The notes under the pieces were generated by a model. The model was given only the letters and a program-made list of their open reading frames with translations. It had not been told where the DNA came from and made no database searches. The position numbers and the translations under genes are program-made. A stretch of DNA of 64,000 nt, taken from positions 35,774,001 through 35,838,000 of the forward strand of contig OX597828.1 in assembly GCA_951406725.2 (NCBI GenBank), read 5' to 3'. This document shows, piece after piece, positions 38,519 to 50,235 of this stretch. Each line of letters begins with the position of its first letter. Within the stretch, counting starts at the first letter, position 1. This DNA comes from Octopus vulgaris (taxonomy: Eukaryota).

Positions 38519-39237
38519 CTTTGGATTTGGATTTCTGTCCACTTTGCAGAACAAATAAGACTTTTAGAAATCTTGGTCTGGGAAACCCGTCAGATTGACT
38601 GGAACTGCAAATGTCTACAGGGCCTGTGACCGTAGATGGGAAATTAGCAATTGAATGAGATATGTCTGAGCAAACTCAACCAGACGGTAATTATGATCAT
38701 CATCGTCATTTAATGTCTGCCTTCCATGCTGCATGGGTTGGATGGTTTGACTGAGGACTGGTGAACCAGAAGGCTGAACCAGGCTCCAGTCTGATCTGGC
38801 AAAGTTTCTACAGGTGGATGCCCTTCCTAATACCAACCACTCTGAGATGATGTGTATTTTAATTTGTTTAAACTAAGTTCCTTTGGATTTGGATTTCTGT
38901 CCACTTTGCAGAACAAATAAGACTTTTAGAAATCTTGGTCTGGGAAACCCGTCAGATTGACTGGAACTGCAAATGTCTACAGGGCCTGTGACCATAGATG
39001 GGAAATTAGCAATTGAATGAGATATGTCTGAGCAAACTCAACCAGACGGTAATTAAGGTCATCATCGTCATTTAATGACTGCTTTCTATTCTGCATGGGT
39101 TGGATGGTTTGACTGAGGACTGGTGAGCCAGAAAGCTGAACTGGACTCCAGTCTGGCAAAGTTTCTACAGGTGGATGCCCTTCCTAATACCAACCACTCT
39201 GAGATGATGTGTATTTTAATTTGTTTAGACTAAGTTC
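38519..39237. repeat. Tandem duplication, ~360-bp unit x2
   Basis: ctttggatttggatttctgtccac...ctaagttc starts at 38519 and at 38881. Confidence 0.93.
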
Positions 39238-39467
39238 CTATTTTAGTGTGCTAATTAAATTTAATATAGGAATGCAGTCGACTAGATCTATCAATATTTT
39301 GAACTGGATTTGATATATCTAGTAAAGAATATTGACTCGTTAAATCAAATTAGCACTCTAGAATAGTAATGCAGATTTGTACATGTTAAAATAGATCAGG
39401 TCGAGTGCATTCCTATATTAAATATAATTAGCACTCTAAAATAGGAATTTAGTTTAAATACACATCA
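39207..39467. mobile_element. Fold-back (MITE-like) element with long inverted arms
   Basis: ctaagttcctattttagtgtgctaattaaatttaatataggaatgcagtcgac mirrored by gtcgagtgcattcctatattaaatataattagcactctaaaataggaatttag; the arm continues 39465-39515 versus ~38997-39057. Confidence 0.75.
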
Positions 39468-39996
39468 TAATTAGCATCTGGTTGAGTTTGCTAATTTCAA
39501 TTGCTAATTTCTCATCCAATTTCTCATCTAATGATGATGGTGGTTATGCTGGTGATGGTGGTGGTAGTGGTGGTGATGGTAATGGTGCTGGTAGTAATAG
39601 AAACAAGTGGAAATGTTTCCATTGGTCATTTTATCAAATTGCTGGTACTATTTATTGGTTTTAAGACCTGACAGAGGTATTGTCTTTTTTTTTTTTTTTT
39701 TTTTAGCCAGTGACACGGTACAATTTGAACTCAGAATGCACAGCAGACCCAAAGATCCAAAACGGATAGCACAAAGCTTCTTAGGTATCCCGTCTGATAC
39801 CCAAACAATCCTATCGATTCACCACCATGGAATCGGTCTACTCTTTACCATCCTGCCCCCATCTCCAACCAAACAAAAAGAAAAATGAAAGGCCAAGTTG
39901 ACCCAGGTGGCATTTGATCACAGAACACAAAGAATTGCAATGAATATTGTACTGTATTCTACCCAACAGACTAACAACTCTGGCAAAATTATCACT

Positions 39997-40318
39997 TTAA
40001 CCCTTCGATGGCAGATATCATCAATTAATGCCTTATTAGTGGACAGACGACATCATCGTCTAAGATTTCAAAATTTTACAAAGCTACAACCATCACCAGA
40101 GGAAAGTGAATATTTTACAGAATTTTTCAATACTGAAATTGTAAATTTTATTATGCGAGACACTAACAATTATTATGACAATTATTGTCATTTTTGAAAT
40201 TATTTAAAGTGAAAATAAATATAAAAATTACCCTAAAAAAGAAGAAAGTGATATTTTGTATTAATTTCTTGTTTGACACACACATTCAAGGAATCCTTTC
40301 CCGCCATTGCAGGGTGAA
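39997..40318 (+). mobile_element. Internally deleted piggyBac element retaining a transposase fragment
   Basis: TIRs ttaacccttcgatggc / gccattgcagggtgaa; internal translation EYFTEFFNTEIVNFIMRDTNNYY matches the piggyBac (PGBD) F..FF..EI...I...TN.Y motif. Confidence 0.7.
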
Positions 40319-40382
40319 TATAATTTAAAAAAAAAAAAGAAAAAAGAAATAAATGCATGAAAATAAATACAAGCACACCTTA

Positions 40383-40421
<39 letters not shown>

Positions 40422-40452
40422 CAGTTTATATATATATATATATATATACATA

Positions 40453-40514
<62 letters not shown>

Positions 40515-40808
40515 ATGTATATATACATACATGTATATACATATACACAAGCACAGATATAAATGTGTGCATATATGCATGGGGGTGGGGGGAGGCATAC
40601 ATGCAGATGATTTATGTAGATGTGTACATGACTGTGTAGTTAAAAAGCTCACTTTGTAACCAGGTGGCTTTGGGTTCGATCCCACCATGTGGCACCTTAA
40701 GCAAGTGTCTTCTACTATAGCCCCAGGCTGACTAATGCTTTTGCAAGTAAATTTAGCAAATGTAAACTGTGAGGACAACCATATATATATATATACACAC
40801 ACACACGC

Positions 40809-41013
40809 ACGAGGTGAGAGGTTGCTGAAAAGTTCCTGGCTTTGGGTAAAAAGGAAATACAGAAGGGTCAGTTAATTATGATTTTATTCACACACTTATG
40901 GCAGTGGTCCTTCAAATTTTTTTAAGCCACGTAAAAGAACTCGGGAGGTCAGGCCTCCAACCAGGCATTTTGGGACCCCCTTAAAGCCAGACACTTTACA
41001 GCACCCGCTTGTA
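40809..41013. mobile_element. Mariner-derived MITE (~200 bp)
   Basis: TIRs gaggttgctgaaaagttcctggcttt / aaagccagacactttacagcacccgcttgta; second copy at 52520-52738; TIR resembles 48351-48373. Confidence 0.8.
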
Positions 41014-41067
41014 TGTATGTATGTGTGTATGTACATACATATGTATGTGTGAATGTATGTACATACG

Positions 41068-41110
<43 letters not shown>

Positions 41111-41130
41111 GTTAGATAAGGCTGGTTTAT

Positions 41131-41194
41131 GGGATTACCTAAGGTTTCATGTTCAGGATAAAGGGCTTGGCTTTATGGCTTATCATTAGATCCC
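41131..41194 (-). ncRNA. Degenerate minimal hammerhead motif (G5A)
   Basis: gggat-CTAATGA-...-GAA-ACCT(T)AGGT-A-atccc; perfect stems I and III, weak stem II; adjacent to (TA)n. Confidence 0.55.
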
Positions 41195-41345
41195 AAACCC
41201 TTTTGGCATACTTATACACACATGTGTGCATATGAATAATTGCATAATTAGAAATTTGTTATGATCTGTTTCCAAACAACACACACACATATGCATATTA
41301 TGAATCAAGTGCATTTTATATGTTAATATATAGACGTATACATAG

Positions 41346-41703
41346 GCGCAGGAGTGGTTGTGTGGTAAGTAACTTGCTTACCAACCACATGGTTCTGGGC
41401 TCAGTCCCACTCCGTGGCACCTCAGGCAAGTGTCTTCTACTATAGTCTCGGGGTCGACCAAAGCCTTGTGAGTGGATTTGGTAGATGGAAATTGAAAGAA
41501 GCCTGTCGTATATATGTATATATATATATATATATATATTTATTATATAGAAGGAGTATATACTGTTTCATTCAAGAGAAATCTTCAGGAAGCAGGAGCT
41601 TCAGGAGCTTCCTGAAGATTTCTCTGAATAGTATAGTCCTGTAAAGCTCTTCATATAATAAATTATATATATATATATATATAACCCGAATCAACCCGGG
41701 ACC

Positions 41704-41773
<70 letters not shown>

Positions 41774-41976
41774 TGTGTCTGTGTTTGTCCCCCCAACATC
41801 GCTTGACAACCGATGCTGGTGTGTTTGCATCCCCGTAACTTAACGGTTCAGCAAAAGAGACCAATAGAATAAGTACTAAGCTTATTACAAAGAATAAGTC
41901 CTGGACTAAAGGTGGTGCTCCAGCATGGCCACAGTCAAATGACCGAAACAAGTAAAAGAATAAAGAGAAAAGAGTA
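41346..41976 (+). mobile_element. SINE family A with a hammerhead-family palindrome (41538-41705) inserted in its internal (TA)n
   Basis: Family A head and tail; the insert ends aacccgaatcaacccgggacctac, the reverse complement of ~60148-60172. Confidence 0.85.
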
Positions 41977-42188
41977 TATATCCTATTTTGCTGAAGCTAG
42001 AAAAAACTTAAGCTGCTACTCAGAATTTCACATAACTGTTTATCAGTTATAAACAGTCTGTTGTGATAGCATAGACAAGTAAACAGACTAGTCAATAAAA
42101 TAGTACTTTACTCTACCTTTGGTATTCAAGTACTATTTTTTCCACATTATTTTGCTATGTGCTAACTTGTGTATGTGTGTGTGTGTGC

Positions 42189-42221
<33 letters not shown>

Positions 42222-42269
42222 TGTATGAGTATGTGTATATAAATATATAAATATGTGTATGTATATATG

Positions 42270-42305
<36 letters not shown>

Positions 42306-42421
42306 TATATATGTATGTATGGCCTGCTTGCTTAGCCAGCGGGGTGGCGTCATTCGAAGGCTAAAACAATGCGAATGCATTGTGACCAGTGATGTGTAAC
42401 TACATCTGATGGACTGGTCGA

Positions 42422-42481
<60 letters not shown>

Positions 42482-42880
42482 GTGTGTATGTATGTGGTAT
42501 GTGTGTGTGTATGTATGTATACATGTATATATAAATTGAATAAATGCAGTCAACAGGAAGAATTACATTTAGACAGCTATTTAATAAACACTACACATGT
42601 TTTGATACAACATAGATCCACAGATATACAGGATTTAAATTCAGCAACAGTTTACCTGTATAATGGGATCCAGTTGTATCTCCTCAGGTGATATATAATC
42701 ACTGACCCCATATTTTGTACTCTGATACGTTCCTAACGGAATACACTTTAAATTTATCTACACACACATTTATATATATATATAAAGTTAATCCAAACAA
42801 GAATACAAAAAGACAACAACGCAAGGATGTGGAACAAATAAAGTATTATTGGACGCTCAGGAAAGAAGGGAAGAAGGAGG

Positions 42881-42915
42881 GTTTGACGTTTCGAGCGGAG
42901 CTCTTCATCGGAAAC
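42881..42915 (-). ncRNA. Minimal type I hammerhead ribozyme (U4C variant)
   Basis: gttt-CCGATGA-a-gagc(tcc)gctc-GAAAC-GTC-aaac inside a ~200-bp element (42785-42990) flanked by (TA)n. Confidence 0.75.
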
Positions 42916-42989
42916 AAGGAGAAGGAAAGATCCCGAGACGGGAGGACAGAGGAAAAAAAATTGCCGGTGGTATTCACGAGCTCACATAC

Positions 42990-43060
<71 letters not shown>

Positions 43061-44959
43061 AACACACACACACATACATATATATACTTGCATCTTTATC
43101 TACATCTGAATATGTAAATATATATATATAGAATGTATCATGCATATTAAATATATAGACCAGCATATTACATATTATGTATATATATATAAAATAATTA
43201 TCTATATATATTTTATACATATACTTGTGCCAGCATGCACACACACTCACACACACAACACAGCACATAGAGTAAGTGAACAAATATTGATTAACATGAG
43301 AACAATAGAAAATATTAGAAGTTTGAAGTCAATACTTACTATGTTTTACTGTAAATCCTGATAAATTGGAGCACACATCTATACACAAACATATATGATA
43401 CATATATACATATAAATATATATATATTGGTTCCTGTACAATTTGCAGAACTGGAATTGGTATTAACTAAGTGCTTTCCAGTTATGTAATATACATGTAC
43501 TGGTAAATATATCTATATATATATATATATATATAGTTATGGATAAATAGATATAGTTATTAGATGTATAGAATACTTATGATAAAGGTGATTTTTACCT
43601 ATTAAATCCGAGATCCAAAATTATCTTCGTAGAGGGTGTATATATATATTGTGTGTATTTTCTTCAATGTGTATTTTACACTCATTAAATATATTTGTAC
43701 TTGTTATACATGTATATGTTTAAGAGTCTGTGTGTATGAATGTATGTTGATGGGCAGATATTGATGTATATATATATATATATATATATTATGGAGAATA
43801 TTAGTTAAAAGTTGTATGAATAAATATATAGACGATCAGACAGTTGTAAATTAAATCCAAAGTTCCAAAGTGTGTTAATATAAAAACAAAACAATGTGGT
43901 ATTCAAAGATATAGTTTGTTCTCATGCATTTTTGTTATTTGATGTTCTTTTTTTTGTTTTTCAGATGTTGTGGCCAATGTTTTTTCTTTTTTCTAAATCC
44001 TTCGTTCTCTTTCTGCTTTATAGATATGCTTTTGTGATGGAGAGATAGAGAGAGGTTATTGTGGTGCTGTAGGGGAGGCTGTTTAAAGGTGAGGTGCAGG
44101 AGCAGAATTAGATAGATTAATATTCTGAGATGTGGCACCGATGTTATTATTAATGTCGTCGTCAACAAAACGGCGTGCCCCGTTGCGTCACCATCAGATC
44201 ATGCTTACGGCGGGGGCAAGACAGACCAGACCGGTAGAAACAGGCAGTGTGTGATGTAAGAGGACGTGGTGGTGGGGGTGATGATGGTGGAAGTAATAGT
44301 GGTGGCGGGAGGTAGAAAAATAGAAGTGGCAGGCAACGTGAATGACAGAAAAAGAAAGGGAGAGAGAGAGAAAAAGACACAATGAGTGTGCGTGTGCGAT
44401 ATGCTGGTGGTGGTGGTGGTGAAAGAGGTGGTGGTGAAGAGGATTATAATCGATGCATACCTATTTTTGTTTTACATATATATACATATGTATATGTATC
44501 CATATGCATACGTGTGTGTGTGTGTGTCTGTGTGTCTGTTTCTATGTAGGTGTGTGCATGTGTGTTCATATATATCTACCTGTGTCTGTTTTTCTATTCA
44601 TGCGATCAGTAACAGAAACAGGTGAGGCACTAGAATTGAAATGTTATAAAAGAATTTGAAAATGAAAATACCAAGAAACCAAGCAAACACCACCAACGAA
44701 CATTCAGTGGAGGGGGGCACTCTTTGATCACCTTATCTTTTTTTTATCTACCAATCTATTTAATTACCTACCAACCTATACACCTATTGACATACTACCT
44801 ACCTTTCTATGTAGCTATCATCTAATAAATCAATCAACAATGACACAAAAATTAACCGTGAGCAGTAAAATATATATATTAAGGAAAGCTTATTTTGTGA
44901 GTGTGCATGTGCAAGTATATATATATGCATATATATGAAATTATGTATGTGTTTGTATA

Positions 44960-45013
<54 letters not shown>

Positions 45014-45230
45014 CATATATACACATATACAAACACATACATAATTTAATATATATACATATATACATAATTTTATATATATATACACACACACATAATT
45101 ACATATATGTATGCATACATATATATCATTTAACAAATATATATATATATATATATGTATATATATGTGTGTATATATATAGATGCTCCCATCTCTTCAG
45201 TTATCCAGCCATACCATTTTTCCGTTGGCT

Positions 45231-45292
45231 GGATAACTGAAGAGATGGCGATGTGGATTTCCACCTCCACATCCGAAACTCGGAGTTTTATC
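45231..45292 (+). ncRNA. Minimal type I hammerhead ribozyme preceded by an inverted duplication
   Basis: ggataa-CTGAAGA-gatggc-gatgtgga/tccacatc-c-GAA-ACTC(G)GAGT-T-ttatc; 45189-45210 is the reverse complement of 45227-45248; flanked by (TA)n. Confidence 0.8.
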
Positions 45293-45400
45293 TTGGCTAC
45301 CGAATAATTGTCACTTATTACATTTACAGATAAATTCCTCTATTTACATAATATCGAGGTCTCTTTCATTCTTTTGTTGTCTTACCATTTTTATCAATAA

Positions 45401-45485
<85 letters not shown>

Positions 45486-46739
45486 CATATATATATATGC
45501 ATATATATATATTGCCCAAGGTGCCACACAGTGGGACTGAACCCAGAACCATGTGGTTCATAAGCAAGCTACTTACCACACAGCCACTTCTATGCTTATG
45601 TATATATGAATACATGTGTATATATATATGCATTTATGTATAAATATATACATACATCTTTATCATCATCATCATCATCGTCGTTTAACGTCCGTTCTCC
45701 ATGCTAGCATGGGTTGGACGGTTCGACCGGGGTTCTGGGAAGCCAGAAGGCTGCACCAGGCTCCAGTCTAATCTGGCAATGTTTCTACAGCTGGATGCCC
45801 TTCCTAACGCCAACCACTCCGTGAGTGTAGTGGGTGCTTTTTACGTGCCACCTGCACATTTATATATATACATATATATACATATATATATATATACACA
45901 TATATATTTTCAACATAAATATAAATATCATATATACGTGCATGCACGTGTACACACACATACACACTAGTACAACCATGACCTACCCATCCACTCCTTT
46001 CAATGACCTGTGAAAAATTAACTCACCTAAATCTCTGACTTGCATTTTTTTATGTTTCACTTTTTGTTTAATTTTTTTGTTTTTGTTTAATTTTTTTGTT
46101 TTTGTTTAATTTTTTTCGTTTTTGTTTTTCTATTTGAAATTCAAAAGCAGATATTTTTTCGTAAAGATCTCGTATACATACCGTGTGTGTGTGTGTGTGT
46201 GTGTGTGCACGCACTTATATATGTGCATGCCTCTTTGTTCACTCTCATCTCCCTACCATTCATTTCTATCACTCATTACTCATCACTCCTGTTCTTTATC
46301 CCATTCATTCTTATCAATCATCTCAGTCACTTATGCTTACTGTCTCGTTCATCTCTATCTCACATCTTGCCATCATTTATTCTATACCCCCACACACACA
46401 CACACACACACTCTCTCTCTCTCTCCAATGAACCGGACAACACTGCCTTTTGTAGTTATGTACAGCATTAGATCTATCCAACCCTCACATCTCTCTGTCA
46501 CTTACTTTCTCTTTCCCCATCTACCTTTTCTCCTATGCCATAGATATAACCACTCCTTGTGGCCCCCACACCTCTTCCATTGGTGTTGCAATACTTGGGT
46601 CCCACTGGTGAAGAAGGTCCTATTAGTGAAGAAGCAACAGCAGATATGACATCATCACTGTGATACTGGTTCCTGGTCAAATTTTTTTTCATGTTGGAGA
46701 AGAAATAATAGTCAGATGGGGCCAAATCAGAATATGAAA

Positions 46740-47092
46740 AGTGGTCAGCTAAAGCTACACTCAAAAGCAACACTCAAAGCTACACTTTACAGCTACACTC
46801 ACAGCTAGGAAATGCTGTCAGCCACAGCTACACTCAAAACTGTACTCACAGGCAAAATGGTCAGTCAAAGCTACACTCATAGCTACACTCATAGCTACAC
46901 TCACAACTAGGGAAAGTGGTAAGAGCTGCACTCAAAAGCTACATTCACAGCTAGGGAAGTGGTCGGTCAATGTGACACACAAAACTACACTCAAAAGCTA
47001 CACTCGCAGCTAGGGAAAGTCATCAGCCAAAGCTATACTCACAGCTACACTCAAAAGCTACACTCACCACAGCACTCAAAGCTACACTCAAG
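46740..47092. repeat. Irregular minisatellite (aagctacactca / cagctagggaagtggtcag units)
   Basis: More than 15 copies of agctacactc-like units. Confidence 0.9.
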
Positions 47093-47552
47093 CACAACAG
47101 CTATTGAAACCAAGGAGTTGTGTGCTGGAACATTGTTGTCCTGGTGAAACAAGACCCCTTGCATCAGTTTGCTTGGGCATTTAGTCTTGATAGCCTTTCG
47201 AAATTGTCTCAGCAAGTTGGCATGGTACTCTTCATTGATGGTGTGGCCCTTTTGACGATGGTCCATAAACACAGTTATCCGCCAAATAATTGAGGCCATC
47301 ATCTTCCTTACTGATAAAACAACCTTGGTGTTCTTTGGAGCAAGTGATGAGGAGTGTTTCCACTGCATGGATTGTCTCTTTGTCTCTGGCCCAAAGTGAT
47401 GAACCCAACACTCAACCTGGCTTAGGAAATGTTCAAGGAAACCAGCTGGATCTGCCTCAATGTCAGATTTTCCTCATAATGTGATCAGTCTGATGCACTT
47501 TTGATCAGGTGTCAGAAGAAACCTCCCCCACCACCTGACCATTTTGTTACTT

Positions 47553-48083
47553 ATTCTTTTATTTGTTTCAGTCATTTGACTGTGGCCATATCATCTTTAG
47601 TCGAACAAATTGACCCCAGGACTTATTCTTTGTAAGTCTAGCACTTGGTCTCTTATGCTGAACCACTATGTTAAGGCGATGTAAACACACCAGCATCGGT
47701 TGTCAAGCAATGTTGAGGAGACAAACACAGACACATAAACATATACATACATATATATATGTATATATATATATACATTTTATTTTGCCCTTATTTTTCT
47801 TTTGCCCTTATCTTGTAAATTATTTATAAATTTAACCTTTAAAGGTATTTTTTGATATGCTGGCCATTGATAAAATCTTTTACCCAAAAAAAATTTTATC
47901 CTACATTAGTTATATATATACATATATACGACAGGCTTCTTTCAGTTTCCATCTACCAAATCCACTCACAAGGCTTTGGTCAGTGCGAGGCTATAGTAGA
48001 AGACACTTGCCCAAAGTGCCACACAGTGGGACTGAATCCAAAACCATGTGGTTGGTAAGCAAGCAACTTACCACACAACCACT
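47553..48083 (-). mobile_element. SINE family A nested in the mariner
   Basis: Family A reverse complement with an extra AT-rich insert in the internal microsatellite. Confidence 0.85.
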
Positions 48084-48518
48084 CTTGAGCCTATTGTTAA
48101 CAGAGCTGGAGTGGTCATCCCCTAATGTAGCAACTATGTCAGCATGAATGTCATTGGGGGCTAAACCCTTTTTCTGCAGGTACTGTATGGCATCATGATG
48201 CCAAATTTTGTCCAATTTCAAGAGAATCGGCAACAAATTAGTTTTGAAGTCTTCTTTGAATAGTCAGATGTCAGTTTGACAGGGAAAAAAAAAGCAATGT
48301 AGGAGTATTAATGAGTTGGGTTGAAATTAACGCAAGATCTCATGGCCTATGAACTTTTCAGCCTCACCTTGTACGCGAGATGTGGTCCTCCAAAACTGTC
48401 TAGGATGGTAACAACTCAGCTGTGACAACTCACTGAGCCACTCAGCTGTGACAGCAGATCCAGTCCATACCAGTATGGAAGCCGGATGTAAAAAAAAAAT
48501 TAATGATCCTGATTGGGT

Positions 48519-48552
48519 GGCAGCAGCAGCAGCGGCAGCAGCAGCATCGGCA

Positions 48553-48584
<32 letters not shown>

Positions 48585-48839
48585 AGCGGCGGCAACGGCG
48601 GCAGCGGCGGCAACGGCGGCATCGGCGGCAGCGGCGGCGCAGCGGCGCGCGGGGCAGCGGCGGCAGCGGCGGAAGCGGCGGCTGCGGCGGCAGCGGCGGC
48701 AGCGGCGGCAGCGGCGGCAGCGGCAGCGGCGGCAGCGGCGGGCGGCAGCGGCGGCAGCAGCGGCAGCAGCGGCAGCAGCGGCAGCAGCGGCAGCAGCGGC
48801 AGCAGCAGCAGCAGCAGCAGCAGCGGTAGCAGCAGCAGC

Positions 48840-48882
<43 letters not shown>

Positions 48883-48940
48883 ATGGTAGTAGTAGTAGTG
48901 GTAGTAGTAGTAGTTGCAGCAGCAGCAGCAGCAGCAGCAG
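48519..48940. repeat. Trinucleotide tract grading GCG/GCA to GCA to GTA
   Basis: Read directly; the only large GC/CpG-rich block in the window. Confidence 0.9.
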
Positions 48941-49897
48941 AAGTGATTATAGATAGATACAAGTAGTGGTGGTGCTGGTGGTAATAGTGATGGTTTGGTG
49001 GTGGTGGTGGTGGTGGTGGCTAAGGTGGTCGTGGCTGAGGTGGTGGTGATGGTAGTGGTGTGGTGGGGGTAGTGGTGGTGGTAATGGTGGTGGTGGTAGA
49101 GGTGGTGGTGAGGGGGGGGTTAGATTAAAAAATGATATTGCAGTAGTAGTTATTTTTGCCACTGTTGTACTTATTGTCAATGTTGTTTTAGGTACAAAAG
49201 TAAAAAAATATATATTTAAAGGTTGTGGTAATGGTATTATGGATAGAGCCATCTAAGATTCCATACTATTGTTGTCACTGGTGTTGTAGTCGTTTAACCC
49301 CAGGCCAACACTGATCAAACAATATTCCAACCATGACCATCTCATCTCTTCTTGTCTGTTCAGACACAGACACAAGAATGCATGGCCATAGGATTAAGAA
49401 GGTAGGTAGGTAGGTATGTATGTAGGCAGGTAGCTAGGTAGACAAGTAGGTAGGTAAGTAGATAGATAGTTATGGGTGGGAAAGATAGGAAAACAGATAT
49501 TGTCACCTATCACAGTCATTGCCCCACTCCCCAACCCAGCTTGTCTACATTCTGCAACACCTCACTGAGGGCAGGTGAAACTGAGAGGGTAAAGGGAGAT
49601 GGGTACAGAAGGTGAAATGGATGCAGCCTTCATTTTGGAATTATTTTCTCCTCTCAGGAAACTCGTTAGCAGACTCATTAGCATGCCGAGCAAAATGCTT
49701 AACAGCATTTCATTCGTCTTTATAGTCTCAGTTCAAATTCCACCAAGGTTGACTTTGCCTTTCATCCTTGATGAAAAAAGTGTAACAGTTGTGCACTGGG
49801 GTTGACTAGCCCCTCCCCTGCAAACAATCAACTAGTACTTCTCTTGCTAAAAAAATTTCAGGCCTTGTGCCTTAAATAGAAAGGATTGTTGTTATTA

Positions 49898-49936
<39 letters not shown>

Positions 49937-49977
49937 GGCAGTGAACTGGCAGAATTGTTAGCATGTTGATCAAAATG

Positions 49978-50235
49978 GCATTTGATTTTGCCTCTCTTCA
50001 AGACTAACACACCACACTTTCTCAGTCCAAACATCATTCTGATATCAGCACTGAAGGTATACACCGTAACAACGAGGGAACTGACTTGGGCTTCATCTTT
50101 ACCATAAAGTTTGAGGTCGTCCATGAATAACAAATGACTGACTTTTTGTTGGAGGTTGGCTTTTGAATACATACCCAGCTTTTGTTTTCCTCAGAAAGTG
50201 GTATCAGTGTTAGTGGTATCAGTGTTAGTGGTATC
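49978..50235 (-). mobile_element. R4/Dong-like reverse transcriptase fragment (catalytic xMDD region)
   Basis: KVSHLLFMDDLKLYGKDEAQVSSLVVTVYTFSADIRMMFGLRKCGVLVLKRGK; lies between (TAA)n tracts and family C SINE pieces. Confidence 0.85.

Larger units (their letters stand above)
46548..48373 (-). mobile_element. Degenerate mariner transposon interrupted by a SINE and a minisatellite
   Basis: TIR tacaaggtgaggctgaaaagttc (48373-48351); minus-strand motifs AIQYLQKKGLAPNDIHADIVATLGD, SQVECWVHHFGPETKRQSMQWKH, RKMMASIIW, TINEEYHANLL, VLFHQDNNVPAH, YSDLAPSDYYFF. Confidence 0.9.

Noticed and set aside
42640-42695. Minus-strand CTGAGGA suggesting another hammerhead
   Set aside because: GAAA and the stems are too degraded to support a call.
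46740-47092. Repeat-spacer look suggestive of a CRISPR array
   Set aside because: The context is eukaryotic, spacing is irregular, the spacers are themselves repeats, and no cas genes are present.
48327-48966. Long poly-Ala/Gly/Ser/Arg ORFs on both strands
   Set aside because: A trinucleotide tract is open in most frames; no domain or splice context is visible.
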